64,000 nt of DNA from Thermoplasmata archaeon (lineage in GTDB: Archaea > Thermoplasmatota > E2 > JACPAO01 > JAHFTW01). The DNA lies in NCBI GenBank assembly GCA_034667725.1, contig JAXDQS010000001.1, forward strand, positions 288,001-352,000, given 5' to 3'. Made by a program: the position numbers and the translations under genes. This document shows positions 34,151 to 44,900 of this stretch, piece by piece (within the stretch, counting starts at the first letter, position 1; every line of letters starts with the position of its first letter). The notes beneath the pieces were generated by a model. The model saw nothing but the letters and a program-made list of their open reading frames with translations, was not told where the DNA came from and searched no databases.

Positions 34151-36549
34151 ACGCCGGCGCCGCCGTGCTGGGCCTGAGCGGCGGCCTGCGCGACCGCCGC
34201 AAGCTGGTCCTCCAGGCGCCCGGCCTCAACGGCATCGACTACGTCGAGGTCGACGCCACCGACGAGGCCAGCCAGAAGATGGTGCGCGTCCACCTCCTGA
34301 AGCCCGCCGACGCGGCCCTGGTCCCCTGGCTGCTGGCCCACCCCGACGCGTTCCGCCTCGCCACCGCCGGCCGCGACCCGCCGCCCCGCGTCAAGGCCGT
34401 GGCCGCCGCGCCCACCCCCGGCCCGCACCTCGTCCTCCACCTCGACAAGCCCGGCGGCTTCGCGCAGCACACCCTCCACCTCCAGGCCAAGGGCGTCGAC
34501 CCGGCGTTCGCGTCGGTGCGCCTCGACTTCAAGGCCGCCTGCCCCGCCCGCTTCGACTGCGAGGCCGCCCCGCCGCCGCCCGCCCCCGAGACGCCGGCGC
34601 CCCGCATCGACTACGAGACGCGCGACTTCGCCGGCTTCCGCGCCCTCATGCTCGACCGCCTGCGCACCCTCATGCCCGACTGGCAGGGCGGCAGCGAGGC
34701 CGACGTCGCCGTCACCATCGTCGAGCAGCTCGCCTGGGCCGCCGACCGCCTGAGCTACATGCAGGACGTCGTGCACACCGAGTCCTACCTCGACACCTGC
34801 CGCCAGCGCACCTCGCTTGCGCGCCACGTCCGCCTCGTCGACCACCCGCTCGCGGAAGGCACGAGCGCCCAGACCGTGCTCGACCTGCAAGTCCGGGCCG
34901 CGGTCCAGCTGCCCGTCGCCACGCCGGCCTACGCCCGCATCGCGCCCGACCCGACCCGCATCGAGCACGGCGTCGTGGTGCGGGCGCACGAGCGCGACGA
35001 CGCGGCCGCCCGCGCCGGCCTCGTGTACGAGACCCTGCACGCCGCGGACCTGCACCCCGCCTGCAACCTGGTCCGGCTGCACACCTGGGGCCTGGAGCCG
35101 TGCGACCTGCCGGCCGGCGCCACCCAGGCCGACCTGGTGGGCGACCTGACCGGCCTGGTGGGGCCTGGCAAGCTGCTGCTGTTCGAGGAGACCCTCGACC
35201 CCCGCACCGCCGAGCCGGCGGACGCCGACCTGCGCCACCGCTTCCTGGTCCGCGTCACCCAGGCGACCCTGCACACCGACCCGCTGGGCGGCGTCAAGGT
35301 CACGCGCGTCCGCTGGGACCGCGCCGACGCGCTGCCGTGCCGCCTGCCGCTGGCCGGCGCCACCAGCTTCGGCAAGCCCTACCACGACGCGACCGTGGTG
35401 CGCGCCAACCTGGTGCTCGCGGACCACGGCAGGACGGTCGAGGAGAAGCACCTCGTCCCCCCAAGGCCGCCCCATGCCAGCCAGCAGCGCGCCCACCGCC
35501 TCAAGCTCGGCGAGGCGCCGCTCGCCTACCGCCAGCACGTGCGCGCAAACGCGCCCGCCGCAGCGCTCGCGCGCCACGACCCCGCGCTGGTGCGCGCCGA
35601 GGCCGTCGCCCTCCTGGACGACGACGTCTGGGAGCCCGGCGACCTGCTGGCGGTGGACGGCCAAGGCACCGTGGTCGCGGTCGAGCCGGAGGAAGGCGAG
35701 GCGTGGCTGCGGTTCGGCGACGGCCGCCTCGGCCGCGCCCCGCCGGCCGGGAGCAAGCTCACCGTCCGCTACCGCGTCGGCAACGGCCCCGCCGGCCACG
35801 TGGGCCACGACGCCTTGGCCCACGTCGCCGAGCCGTTCCAGGGCGCGCTCTGGGCCGTGGAGCACGTCCGCAACCCGGTCGCCTCCTGGGGTGGCCTGGC
35901 GCCGGAGAGCATGGAGGCCGCGCGCCGCGACGCCACCGAGGCGTTCCGGGTCGAGCCCAAGCGTGCCGTCACCGAGGAGGACTACGGCGCCGTCGCCCGG
36001 CTGCATCCCGAGGTGCAGCAGGCCGTGGCGCGGTTCCGCTGGACCGGCAGCTGGCACACGGTCTTCCTCTACATCGACCCGCTCGGCCGCCCCGACCTGG
36101 ACGCCGCGCTGGCCGCCCGCGTCGAGGCGTGGGTGCATGCCTTCACGCAGACCGGCTACGACCTGGAGGTGCGCGGCCCGCGCCCGGTCCCCATCGAGCT
36201 GGAGATCCAGGCGTGCGCGCGCCGCGACCACCTCGCCCCCGACGTCGAGCAGGCGGTGCGCGCCGCCCTCGGCTCCGGCCTGCTGCCCGACGGCACCCAG
36301 GCGTTCTTCCACCCCGATCGCCACACCTTCGGCCAGCCGCTGCACCTGAGCGCCATCGTCGCCGCCGTCGAGCGGGTCGAGGGCGTCGAGATGGTGCGCG
36401 TGGCCAGCCTGCGCCGCGGCGACGGCGGCCCCGGCCCCAAGGACGGCCGGCTCGACATCGGGCCCCTGGAGGTCGTCCGGCTCGACGCCGACCCCGACCG
36501 CCCCGACAACGGCCAGCTCACCGTCACGGTCGACGGAGGCTCCGCATGA
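34147..36549 (+). CDS. Baseplate J/gp6-like wedge protein 1
   Basis: LNGIDYVEV, IDYETRDFAGFRALML, YMQDVVHTESYL, LRFGDG, YRVGNG, RAVTEEDY, FFHPD. Confidence 0.88.
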   Translation: MNAGAAVLGLSGGLRDRRKLVLQAPGLNGIDYVEVDATDEASQKMVRVHLLKPADAALVPWLLAHPDAFRLATAGRDPPPRVKAVAAAPTPGPHLVLHLDKPGGFAQHTLHLQAKGVDPAFASVRLDFKAACPARFDCEAAPPPPAPETPAPRIDYETRDFAGFRALMLDRLRTLMPDWQGGSEADVAVTIVEQLAWAADRLSYMQDVVHTESYLDTCRQRTSLARHVRLVDHPLAEGTSAQTVLDLQVRAAVQLPVATPAYARIAPDPTRIEHGVVVRAHERDDAAARAGLVYETLHAADLHPACNLVRLHTWGLEPCDLPAGATQADLVGDLTGLVGPGKLLLFEETLDPRTAEPADADLRHRFLVRVTQATLHTDPLGGVKVTRVRWDRADALPCRLPLAGATSFGKPYHDATVVRANLVLADHGRTVEEKHLVPPRPPHASQQRAHRLKLGEAPLAYRQHVRANAPAAALARHDPALVRAEAVALLDDDVWEPGDLLAVDGQGTVVAVEPEEGEAWLRFGDGRLGRAPPAGSKLTVRYRVGNGPAGHVGHDALAHVAEPFQGALWAVEHVRNPVASWGGLAPESMEAARRDATEAFRVEPKRAVTEEDYGAVARLHPEVQQAVARFRWTGSWHTVFLYIDPLGRPDLDAALAARVEAWVHAFTQTGYDLEVRGPRPVPIELEIQACARRDHLAPDVEQAVRAALGSGLLPDGTQAFFHPDRHTFGQPLHLSAIVAAVERVEGVEMVRVASLRRGDGGPGPKDGRLDIGPLEVVRLDADPDRPDNGQLTVTVDGGSA

Positions 36550-39500
36550 GCCACCCGCACGGCCAGGCGACGCCCGCCCCCATCCACAACCGGCCCGGCC
36601 TGCCGCGCCTGCGCTACCGCGTCGGCGACCACGGCCGTTTCCGGCGCGCCATGGTCGAGGCATTGCCGCGCGCGTTCGTGGCCGACCAGGCGCCGCTGCG
36701 GGCGCTCACGGCGCGCGACGACGGCGACCCCGCCATGGCGCTCTTGGACGCCTGGGCGGTCGCGTGCGACGTCCTGACGTTCTACCAGGAGCGCATCGCC
36801 AACGAGGCCTACCTGCGCACCACCGCCCAGCCCGCCCGGGTCGCGGCCGTCGTCGGCCACCGCAGCGCGCCCGGCTGCGCCGCCGCCACGCTGCTGGCGT
36901 TCACCATCGACCACGACCAGCCCGTCGACCTGCCGGCGGGGCTCCAGGTCCAGACCGTGCCCGACCCGGGGCAGAAGCCGGCGCTGTTCGAGACGATGGA
37001 GCCGCTGCGCGCGCACCGCGGCCTCAACCGCGTGGCCGCGCGCGCCACCTGGCCGCAGCCGCCGGCGGGCAAGGCCCGGCAGGCGTGGCTCGTCGGCACC
37101 AAGACCGGGTTGCGCAAGGGCGACACCGTCCTGCTGGTGGCCGGTCCTGGCGCGTGGCACCTGCGCACGCTCACGCAAGTGGACGCGCTGGACGGCCGCA
37201 CCCGCGTGGCTTGGGACGCGGCGTTGCCGGACGGGACGCCGCCGCTCGCGGTCCACGCCGTCGAGCGCGAGGCGCGCGGCTTCGGCCACAACGCGCCGCG
37301 GTGGACCGACCTGCAGCGCCTGTTCGACGCCGCCCAGGCCGTTCCGCCGCCGCCCAAGGGGTACGACGCTTACGTCAAGGCGTGGGGGACCATCCACTTC
37401 TTCGACGCCTCGCCCGCGGACACGAGCCCGACGCCCAAGCGGCCCTTGGACCTGGACTCCCGCTACCCGATCCGTCCCGACAGTTGGGCCATGCTGGTCA
37501 ACGACGATGGCACCAAACGCCAGTTGCTGCGCGTCCAGGCCGTCGCCGAAGTCAGCCGTCAGGACTACCAGGTCGCCGCCACCGTCACCCGCCTCACGAC
37601 CGACCCGCCGTTGCCCGCAACACCCACGGACTTCCCGGTCGCAAGCAGCAAGCTCCTCGCCTTCGGTCCCGCGCTGCCCCAGGCGGAAGGGCCGGCGCCC
37701 ATCCTGCGCGCAGGCGGCGTCGCGCTCGACCTCGACGGCGACCATCCCGCCTTCCACGACGGCCGCCGCCTGGTGCTCGAAGGCCGCCGCGTGCGCGTCC
37801 ACAAGGGCTTCGCCGGCCCGCCCGTCACCTTCCCGGACCCGGTGTTCGCGCCGACCTTGAAGGCCTCCGGCGCCGTCCGCCTCGTGCGCGTCGAGCTTGG
37901 CGGCGCGCCCGTGTTCCTCCTCAAGGCGCCCCAGAACCTGGGCGACAAGGCCGAGCCGTTCGACGTGCTGCTGGCCGGCGCGTGGGCCGGCAAGGCGCCC
38001 GGCTATGCCATCCAGGCCAGCGACGCGACGGTCCACGGCAAGGGCGCCCCGGTCCAAGCCCACGTCCTGTACGTCGACGCCGACAACGACGGCGGCTACG
38101 GCCGCGGCGACGCCGTCTACCTCAGCAGCAGCCCCGCCGGCCTGGTCGCGACCAAGGACGCCGACTTCAGCCTCCGCCTCACCGGCCCGGAGGCCGGCAC
38201 GCTGGTGCTGAAGGACCAGGCCGACCTGGTCGCGTCGGGCCACGCCGCCCGCGCCGGCCTGAGCCCCGACGGCCCGCCGGGCCTCGCGCTGTTCGACGCC
38301 GACGGCGACGGCCTGTTCCACGCCGGCCGCGACCGGCTCTACCTTACGCCCGGCCCCGTCGCGGAAGGCAGCCTGGTGCCGCCCGCGGCGGTGCGCCTGC
38401 ACGGCGGCACGTTCGGCTCGCAGGTCGGCTTCGGCGACCAAGACCATCCCGTGCTGCCGACGGCAGCACTCGCCGGCGGCGCCGCAGGCGAGCGGATCGA
38501 GCCGCTGGACATGGGCACCGAGGCCGTCGAGGTCGCGGCGGTGCGGCGCGGCGACGGCGGCCGGACCCGCCTCGAATTGGCGGCGGGCCTCCTGCACGAC
38601 TACGACCCGGCCACCGTCGTGCTGCACGGCAACGTCGCGCCCGCCACCCACGGCGAGACCCAGAAGCCCGCGGCCCTCGGCAGCGGCGAGGCCACCGCCG
38701 AGCACCAGGCGTTCGCGCTCCCGAAGGCGCCGCTGACCCACGTCGCCGACCCGAAGGGCGAGCACGGCGTCCGCCCCGAGCTCCTGGTGCGCGTCGGCGG
38801 CGTGGCGTGGGACGGCCGGCCCACGCTGCACGGGGCCGCGCCGGACGCCGCCGCCTACGCGGTGCAGCGCACGGCCGACGGCACCTTCGTCCGCTTCGGC
38901 GACGGCGACGCGGGCGCCCGCCTGCCCACCGGCACCCACAACGTCACCGCGCTCTACCGCCAAGGGCTCGGCCGCGCCGGCAACGCGCGCGCCGGCCAGG
39001 TGCGCAACCTCAAGGACAAGCCGAAGGGCCTCAAGGCCGCCGCCAACCCGGTGCCGGCCACCGGCGGCGTCGATCCCGAGTCCACCGACACGACCCGCGC
39101 CGCCGCGCCCGAGAGCGTGCTGGTGCTCGACCGCGTCGTGTCGCTGCGCGACCACGAGGACGCGGCGCGGGCGTACGTCGGCGTCGCGCAGACCCGCGCC
39201 CGCATGGCGTGGCACGGCGGCGAGCGGGTCGTCGAGCTCACCATCGTCGGCGACGACGGCGAGCGGCTGCCCGCCGGCCACCCGCTGCGCGCCAGCCTGA
39301 TGGGCTACCTCGACGCCCGCCGCGACCCGCACCAGGCCGTGCGGCTGCGCGCCCACGAGCCGGTGCCGCTCACCATCGCGGTGCGCATCGACGCCGATCC
39401 CCGCCACGATGCCGAGGTGGTGCGCGCCGCCGCCCGCGCCATCCTGCTGGAGCGGTTCGCCTTCGGCCACGGCGAGCTGGGCGGGCCCGTGCAGGCCAGC

Positions 39501-39671
39501 GACCTGCTGGAGCTGCTGCACCGCGTCCCGGGCCTGGTGGGCGCCCACCTGCTGCGGCTGTCGCGCGGCGCCGCGGCGGACGCGCCCGCCCGCCTGCCGA
39601 TGGCGGCGCACGAGCTGGCGACCCTGGACCCGCGCGACCTGCGCGTCCTGCTGCGGGGGGAGCCGGCATGA
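36546..39671 (+). CDS. Baseplate J/gp6-like wedge protein 2 with internal insertion
   Basis: HNRPGL, ALLDAWA...VLTFYQERIANEAYLRT, GNVAPATHGE, VRFGDG...GARLPTG, RVVSLRD. Confidence 0.88.
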   Translation: MSHPHGQATPAPIHNRPGLPRLRYRVGDHGRFRRAMVEALPRAFVADQAPLRALTARDDGDPAMALLDAWAVACDVLTFYQERIANEAYLRTTAQPARVAAVVGHRSAPGCAAATLLAFTIDHDQPVDLPAGLQVQTVPDPGQKPALFETMEPLRAHRGLNRVAARATWPQPPAGKARQAWLVGTKTGLRKGDTVLLVAGPGAWHLRTLTQVDALDGRTRVAWDAALPDGTPPLAVHAVEREARGFGHNAPRWTDLQRLFDAAQAVPPPPKGYDAYVKAWGTIHFFDASPADTSPTPKRPLDLDSRYPIRPDSWAMLVNDDGTKRQLLRVQAVAEVSRQDYQVAATVTRLTTDPPLPATPTDFPVASSKLLAFGPALPQAEGPAPILRAGGVALDLDGDHPAFHDGRRLVLEGRRVRVHKGFAGPPVTFPDPVFAPTLKASGAVRLVRVELGGAPVFLLKAPQNLGDKAEPFDVLLAGAWAGKAPGYAIQASDATVHGKGAPVQAHVLYVDADNDGGYGRGDAVYLSSSPAGLVATKDADFSLRLTGPEAGTLVLKDQADLVASGHAARAGLSPDGPPGLALFDADGDGLFHAGRDRLYLTPGPVAEGSLVPPAAVRLHGGTFGSQVGFGDQDHPVLPTAALAGGAAGERIEPLDMGTEAVEVAAVRRGDGGRTRLELAAGLLHDYDPATVVLHGNVAPATHGETQKPAALGSGEATAEHQAFALPKAPLTHVADPKGEHGVRPELLVRVGGVAWDGRPTLHGAAPDAAAYAVQRTADGTFVRFGDGDAGARLPTGTHNVTALYRQGLGRAGNARAGQVRNLKDKPKGLKAAANPVPATGGVDPESTDTTRAAAPESVLVLDRVVSLRDHEDAARAYVGVAQTRARMAWHGGERVVELTIVGDDGERLPAGHPLRASLMGYLDARRDPHQAVRLRAHEPVPLTIAVRIDADPRHDAEVVRAAARAILLERFAFGHGELGGPVQASDLLELLHRVPGLVGAHLLRLSRGAAADAPARLPMAAHELATLDPRDLRVLLRGEPA

Positions 39672-41938
39672 CGACGCCCACGCCGCAGCGGCTGGTCCCC
39701 GACCTGCACGCGCTGCTGCCCACGGTCCACAAGCTGGAGGACGCGCGGCTGGGCGGGCCGCTGCAGGCGCTCCTCGACGTGATGTCGGCGCAGGGCGACC
39801 TGGTGCGGCGCGACATCGAGCTGCTGTGGGACAACCTGTTCATCGACACCTGCGCCGACTGGGTCGTGCCTTACATCGGCGACCTGGTGGGCACCCGGCC
39901 GCTGCACGACGTCGACCAGGCGCGCCGCCGCGACGTGGCCCGCACCATCGGCAACCGCCGCCGCAAGGGCGTGCTGCCCATGCTGGAGCAGCTGGCCAAG
40001 GACGTCACCGGCTGGCAGGTGCACGCCGTCGCCGAGTTCGAGCGGCTCGCCTGGACCCAGCACCTGGAGCACGTCCGCAGCCAAGGCCCGCCGCTGCGCT
40101 GGTCGATGCACGACGACCCGACGGCGTCGCTGGTCGCCGCCGCCGAGGTGCGCGATGCCGACCTCATGGACCGCGTCGGCGGCCCGTTCGACCAGACCGC
40201 CCGCACCATCGACGTCCGCCACGCCGTGCATGACCGCGTCCGGCCCCACGTCCGCAACGTCACGTTCCACGCCGAGCCGCACAAGGCCCTGGAGGTCAAG
40301 CGCGTCCTCGTGCATCCCGTCGAGCTGCCGGCCGGCCATCCGCACCACGGCCGCGCCTTCCGCATCGGCCACCTCGGCGCCGACTTCCCGCTGTTCGCGC
40401 AGGCCAACCCGCCCGTGGGGCTGGGCGACCCGGACCCCACGCTGCCGCCCTTCCTGCCGGGCTCGCCGCTCCGTCCGCTCGCGGTCCACATCGACGTCGA
40501 GCAGGCCCGCCGCCGCTTCATGCACAAGGAGGGCGGCGCGTCCCAATACATCGGCCCCGACCGCAGCCTCCAGTTCTGGTTCGGCGCCGCCGCCACCCCC
40601 GCCCACGAAATCCACGTCATGGACCTGTCCGACTGGGGCACGGTGACGCTCCCGGACAACACGCTGGCGTCCCGGGTGCCGACCAAGCTGCGCTACGTCG
40701 ACCGCAACGGCAAGCGCCTGCGCGGCAAGCCCCCCAAGGAAGGCGTGCAGGGCCCGCTGCTGCCCATCCTCCAAGTGGACTTGGCGCTCGACGTCACCAC
40801 CGGCCGCATCATCCAGCGCAGCGGCGCGCGCCGGATGCGCGTCACCTACCAGCGCGGTGTCGCGGCGCCCCTGGGCGGCGGCACCTACCACCGCGACGTG
40901 GCCGAGCCCCGCGGCCTGCCCTGGCAGGTCTCGATCCCGCAGCACTACACCTCCCTTGGCACCGCGCTCAACGCCTGGGAGGCCGCGCGCGACGCCGAAC
41001 TGGCCCAAGGCCGGCACCTCGACGGGCTCATCGAGCTCGACACCAACGGCGTCCGCGACGCCTTCACCAGCATCCAGTTGGCCCCCGGCTGCGAGCTGGT
41101 GCTGCGCGCCGCCGACCTGCGCTGGCCCCACTTCCGCGGCCCCCTTCACATCCATGGCGCGAAGGACGCCAAGCTCACCCTGGATGGCGTCTGCATCCAG
41201 GACCAGTTGCGCATCGACGGCGAGGTCGAGCTCTTGGTGCGCCACAGCGCCCTCGTGCCCGGCCTGCGGCTCCACGGCGACGGCTCGCCCGCCCACCCGC
41301 TGGCGCCAAGCATCGTGCCGGGCCCCAAGCTCGACCTGCGGCTGCGCATCGAGCACAGCGTCGTCGGCCCGCTGCGCCTGCCGCCCGAGGCCGCGACCGT
41401 CGAGGCCAGCGACAGCATCCTGCAGGCCCCCGAGCCGACGCCCGGCGAAGCCGGCGTCGCCTTCGAGGGGCCGCCGCTGCGGCTGGAACGCTGCACCGTC
41501 TTCGGCACGGTCCAGGCGCGCACCCTGCACGCCTCCGAGACCCTGTTCGTGGACCCCGTGGTCGTCGAACGGCGCCAGGAGGAGTGCGTGCGCTTCAGCC
41601 ACGTGCCCGAGGGCAGCCTGACGCCCCGCAGGTTCCGCTGCCAGCCCGACCTTGCCGTCGCGGCGCTCGGGGACGCCGCCACCCCCGCCGACAAGGCCCG
41701 GCTTCGGGCCCGGATCGCGCCCGTCTTCCTGTCCCGCCGGTACGGCCATCCCGACCACGCCCGCCTCCACCCCGAAACGGACCCGGCCGTCCGCGAGGGC
41801 GCCGAGGACGGCGGCGAGATGGGCGCGCACCACCTGCTGCACGACCCGCACCGTGAGCAGAACCTGGACGCCCGCATGGAGGAATACCTCCCCCTGGGGC
41901 GGCGGCACACCCTTGCGACTCCCGAGGCCCGACCATGA
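39668..41938 (+). CDS. Phage tail protein I/gp7-like baseplate protein
   Basis: LWDNLFIDTCADWVVPYIGDLVG, RRRKG...LEQLAKDVTGW, GAEDGGEMGAHH, EYLPLG. Confidence 0.8.
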   Translation: MTTPTPQRLVPDLHALLPTVHKLEDARLGGPLQALLDVMSAQGDLVRRDIELLWDNLFIDTCADWVVPYIGDLVGTRPLHDVDQARRRDVARTIGNRRRKGVLPMLEQLAKDVTGWQVHAVAEFERLAWTQHLEHVRSQGPPLRWSMHDDPTASLVAAAEVRDADLMDRVGGPFDQTARTIDVRHAVHDRVRPHVRNVTFHAEPHKALEVKRVLVHPVELPAGHPHHGRAFRIGHLGADFPLFAQANPPVGLGDPDPTLPPFLPGSPLRPLAVHIDVEQARRRFMHKEGGASQYIGPDRSLQFWFGAAATPAHEIHVMDLSDWGTVTLPDNTLASRVPTKLRYVDRNGKRLRGKPPKEGVQGPLLPILQVDLALDVTTGRIIQRSGARRMRVTYQRGVAAPLGGGTYHRDVAEPRGLPWQVSIPQHYTSLGTALNAWEAARDAELAQGRHLDGLIELDTNGVRDAFTSIQLAPGCELVLRAADLRWPHFRGPLHIHGAKDAKLTLDGVCIQDQLRIDGEVELLVRHSALVPGLRLHGDGSPAHPLAPSIVPGPKLDLRLRIEHSVVGPLRLPPEAATVEASDSILQAPEPTPGEAGVAFEGPPLRLERCTVFGTVQARTLHASETLFVDPVVVERRQEECVRFSHVPEGSLTPRRFRCQPDLAVAALGDAATPADKARLRARIAPVFLSRRYGHPDHARLHPETDPAVREGAEDGGEMGAHHLLHDPHREQNLDARMEEYLPLGRRHTLATPEARP

Positions 41939-44900
41939 GCGACTTCACCCGCATCACCCACGACGCCACCAAGCACTACACCCGCGTCCTCCGGCAGCAA
42001 GGCCGCGTCGACCTCGACGCCGATTGGAACGAGGGCATGGACATCCAGGCCCACGAGCTGCGCACCCGCACCCTCGACGTGGTCGGCGCCGCCGGCGTCC
42101 CCGCCGACGCGCCCGGCTTCGGCGTCACCTACCAGCCCACCGCAGGCGCCCCTGACTTTGCCCTCAGCGCCGGCCGCCTCTACGTCGACGGCATCCTGGC
42201 CACGCTGGAGAAGCCCACCACGTACACCAAGCAGCCCGACCTCCAGCCCGCGCCGCTCTTGGCCCCCGCGGCCAACGCCCGCCACCTGCTCTACGCGCTG
42301 CTGTGGGAGCGCCACGTCACGGCCCACGTCGACGACAAGCTGCGCGAGCCCGCCCTCGACGGCCTCGACACCGCCACCCGCACCCGCACCATGGCGCAAG
42401 TGCGCTGGATGACGGCGCCCGAGCACTGCGCCACCGCCTCCGCCGAATGGGACGCGCTCACCCGCCCCACCGGCATGGGCCTGCACTGCCGCGGCGCGCC
42501 CGCGACCCCGGCCGCGACCCCGTGCGACGTGCAGCCCCGCCGCGGCTACCACGGCGGCGGCAACCGCCTGTACCGCGTCGAGATCCACGACGCCGGCCTG
42601 CCGTACCCGTTCGACCACGCCCAGGTCGAGGCGGTCGTCGCCACCGACGTCGGCGGCAACACCTACCAGATGGCCGACATCGGGCGCCCCTGGCAGCCCG
42701 GCGACGCGCTCGAGCTGTTCCAAAGCAACGGCACCGCCAGCGTCCTCACCGCCGTCCAGGCGGTCAACGGCAACCAGGTCAAGGTCGAGGCCCAGGTCAA
42801 CGTCAGCCTGGACCGCGCCCGCCGGGTCGCGACCTACAAGTGGTCGCGCGACAACGGCTCCGTCGTCCTTGCGGTCACGGGCTTCCCGGACCCGGTCGCC
42901 CTGCCCCGCGCCGTGAGTGTCGCCCGCTTCGGGCGCGACCACGTGCTCGGCCTCCGGCCCGGCGACTGGGTCGAGGTCGTGAGCGACCAGACCGAGACCG
43001 CCCGCGGCCCAGGCACGATGGCGCAGGTCGTCAAGATCCACGAGGGCGACCTCCGCATCGACCTCGACCGCGACGTCGCCCACCACGCCGGCCAGGGCAG
43101 CCTCCGGCTGCGGCGCTGGGACGACGTGCAGGGCCTCCGCCCCGTGCGCGCCGACGCCGACGACACCACCACGACGTTCCTGGAGCTGGAGGACGACGTC
43201 GAAGTGCGCTTCAGGTCCGACGGCCACGCCGTGCGCAGCGGCGACTGGTGGGCGTTCACCGCGCGCCGCTCCGGCGTGGCGGGCGACCCCGGCGACGTGC
43301 AGGACCTCCACGGCGCGCCCCCCGAAGGCCGCGTCCACGTCGCCCGCCTCGCCATCGTCGAGTGGGGCGTGCAGAGCGGCAACGCCTGGACGCCCATCCT
43401 CCACGACTGCCGCCGCCGCTTCCTCCCGCTCACCGAGCTGGACTCGCCGTGCCCGGCCACCAGCGTCGGCGACGGCACCACCAGCATCGGCCGGCACACG
43501 CACAACGCCGACTATCCATACGGCCTCCAGCAGGCCATCGACAGCCTCGACGCCGGCATGATCCACGTCCTGCCCGGCCGCTACGTGCTCCCCGACTCGC
43601 TGCGGCTACACAGCGGCATCACGCTGCAAGGCTGCGGCGACCGCTCCATCCTGGTGGCCCCCGCCGGCAAGCCCGCCGTCCTCGCCGCCAGCGTCGGCGA
43701 ACCCATCACGGAGGTCGCGCTCGAGACCCTGCGCATCGAAGGCGCCGTCCGCTTCGAGCGGGTCGAGAAGGCCCGCGTCCAAGGCTGCACCGTCCTTGGC
43801 GCCGGCGATCCCGCCATCGTCGCGCGCGACGCCCGCTGGCTGCGCGTGCTCGACTGCCGCGTCGACGGCAGCCCCGCCCTCCACTTCCAGGCGGAGGACG
43901 CCACCGTCGCCACCAGCCGCGTGCGCGGCGCCATCCAGGTGAGCCGCGCCAGCAGCCGCGTCGACGTCACGCGCTGCGTGCTCCACCACGCCGACGGCCA
44001 CGCCGTCGAGGTCGGCGGCGCGCCGCCCGCCCCGGGCGCCGGCGCCGTCGCGGTGGCCGACGCGCCCCCCAGCCGCGTCCGCGTCCACGCCAACCTGGTG
44101 CGGCGCGCCGGCAAGTGCGCGGTCTGGGCGGCGGCCGCGGCGGGCGACGGCGCGCACGGCCTCGCCATCGAGGACAACCGCATCCAGCAGTGCTGGGCCG
44201 GCGGCAGCGCGGCGCCCTACCTGTCGGCGGCCGTCCACGTCGAGCACTGGGCCCGCGTCAGCATCCTCGGCAACGAGGTCACGGACAACGCCCGCACGAT
44301 GGCTGGCGACGGCACGCCTGGCGTCCGCCTCGTGGCCTGCGAGGACGTGGACCTCATGGGCAACCACGTCGCCAAGAACGGCGCCATGGGCCACGCCCCC
44401 GCCCTGATGGCCGTCGGCTGCGAACGGCTGCACGCCGCCCACAACCACCTGCACGGCTGGGGCCGCATCGCCAGCAAGCCCGACGGCGCCCCCGCCCGCG
44501 TCGCGGTGGTGCTGCACGGCCGCGCCCTGCGGCTGCACGGCAACCGCGTCCGCGGCGGCGCGGTCCAGGTGCTGGACGGCTCCTCCGGCGTCCACGTCGA
44601 GGCCAACCACGTCGCCGACGGCGACGGGCCCGGCATCCACCTCGGCGGCGGCAAGGCGGCCAAAGGGGACACGAAGACCGTCGGCAAGACTCCCGTGGAA
44701 ATCCCCCAGGTATTCTCATGGCCGACCTTTGGCGGGACGAAGACGAACCCGGCCATCCCCGCGCTCGGCGAGAACGCCAAGAAGGTGCCGGTCCGGAGCA
44801 GGAAAGTGGTGGCGGAGGAAGAACAGACGCCCCCCGCCCCCAGCACGCGGGACGTCGTCGTCCGGCACAACCAGGTCGAGGCGATGCAGGGCAACGGCAT

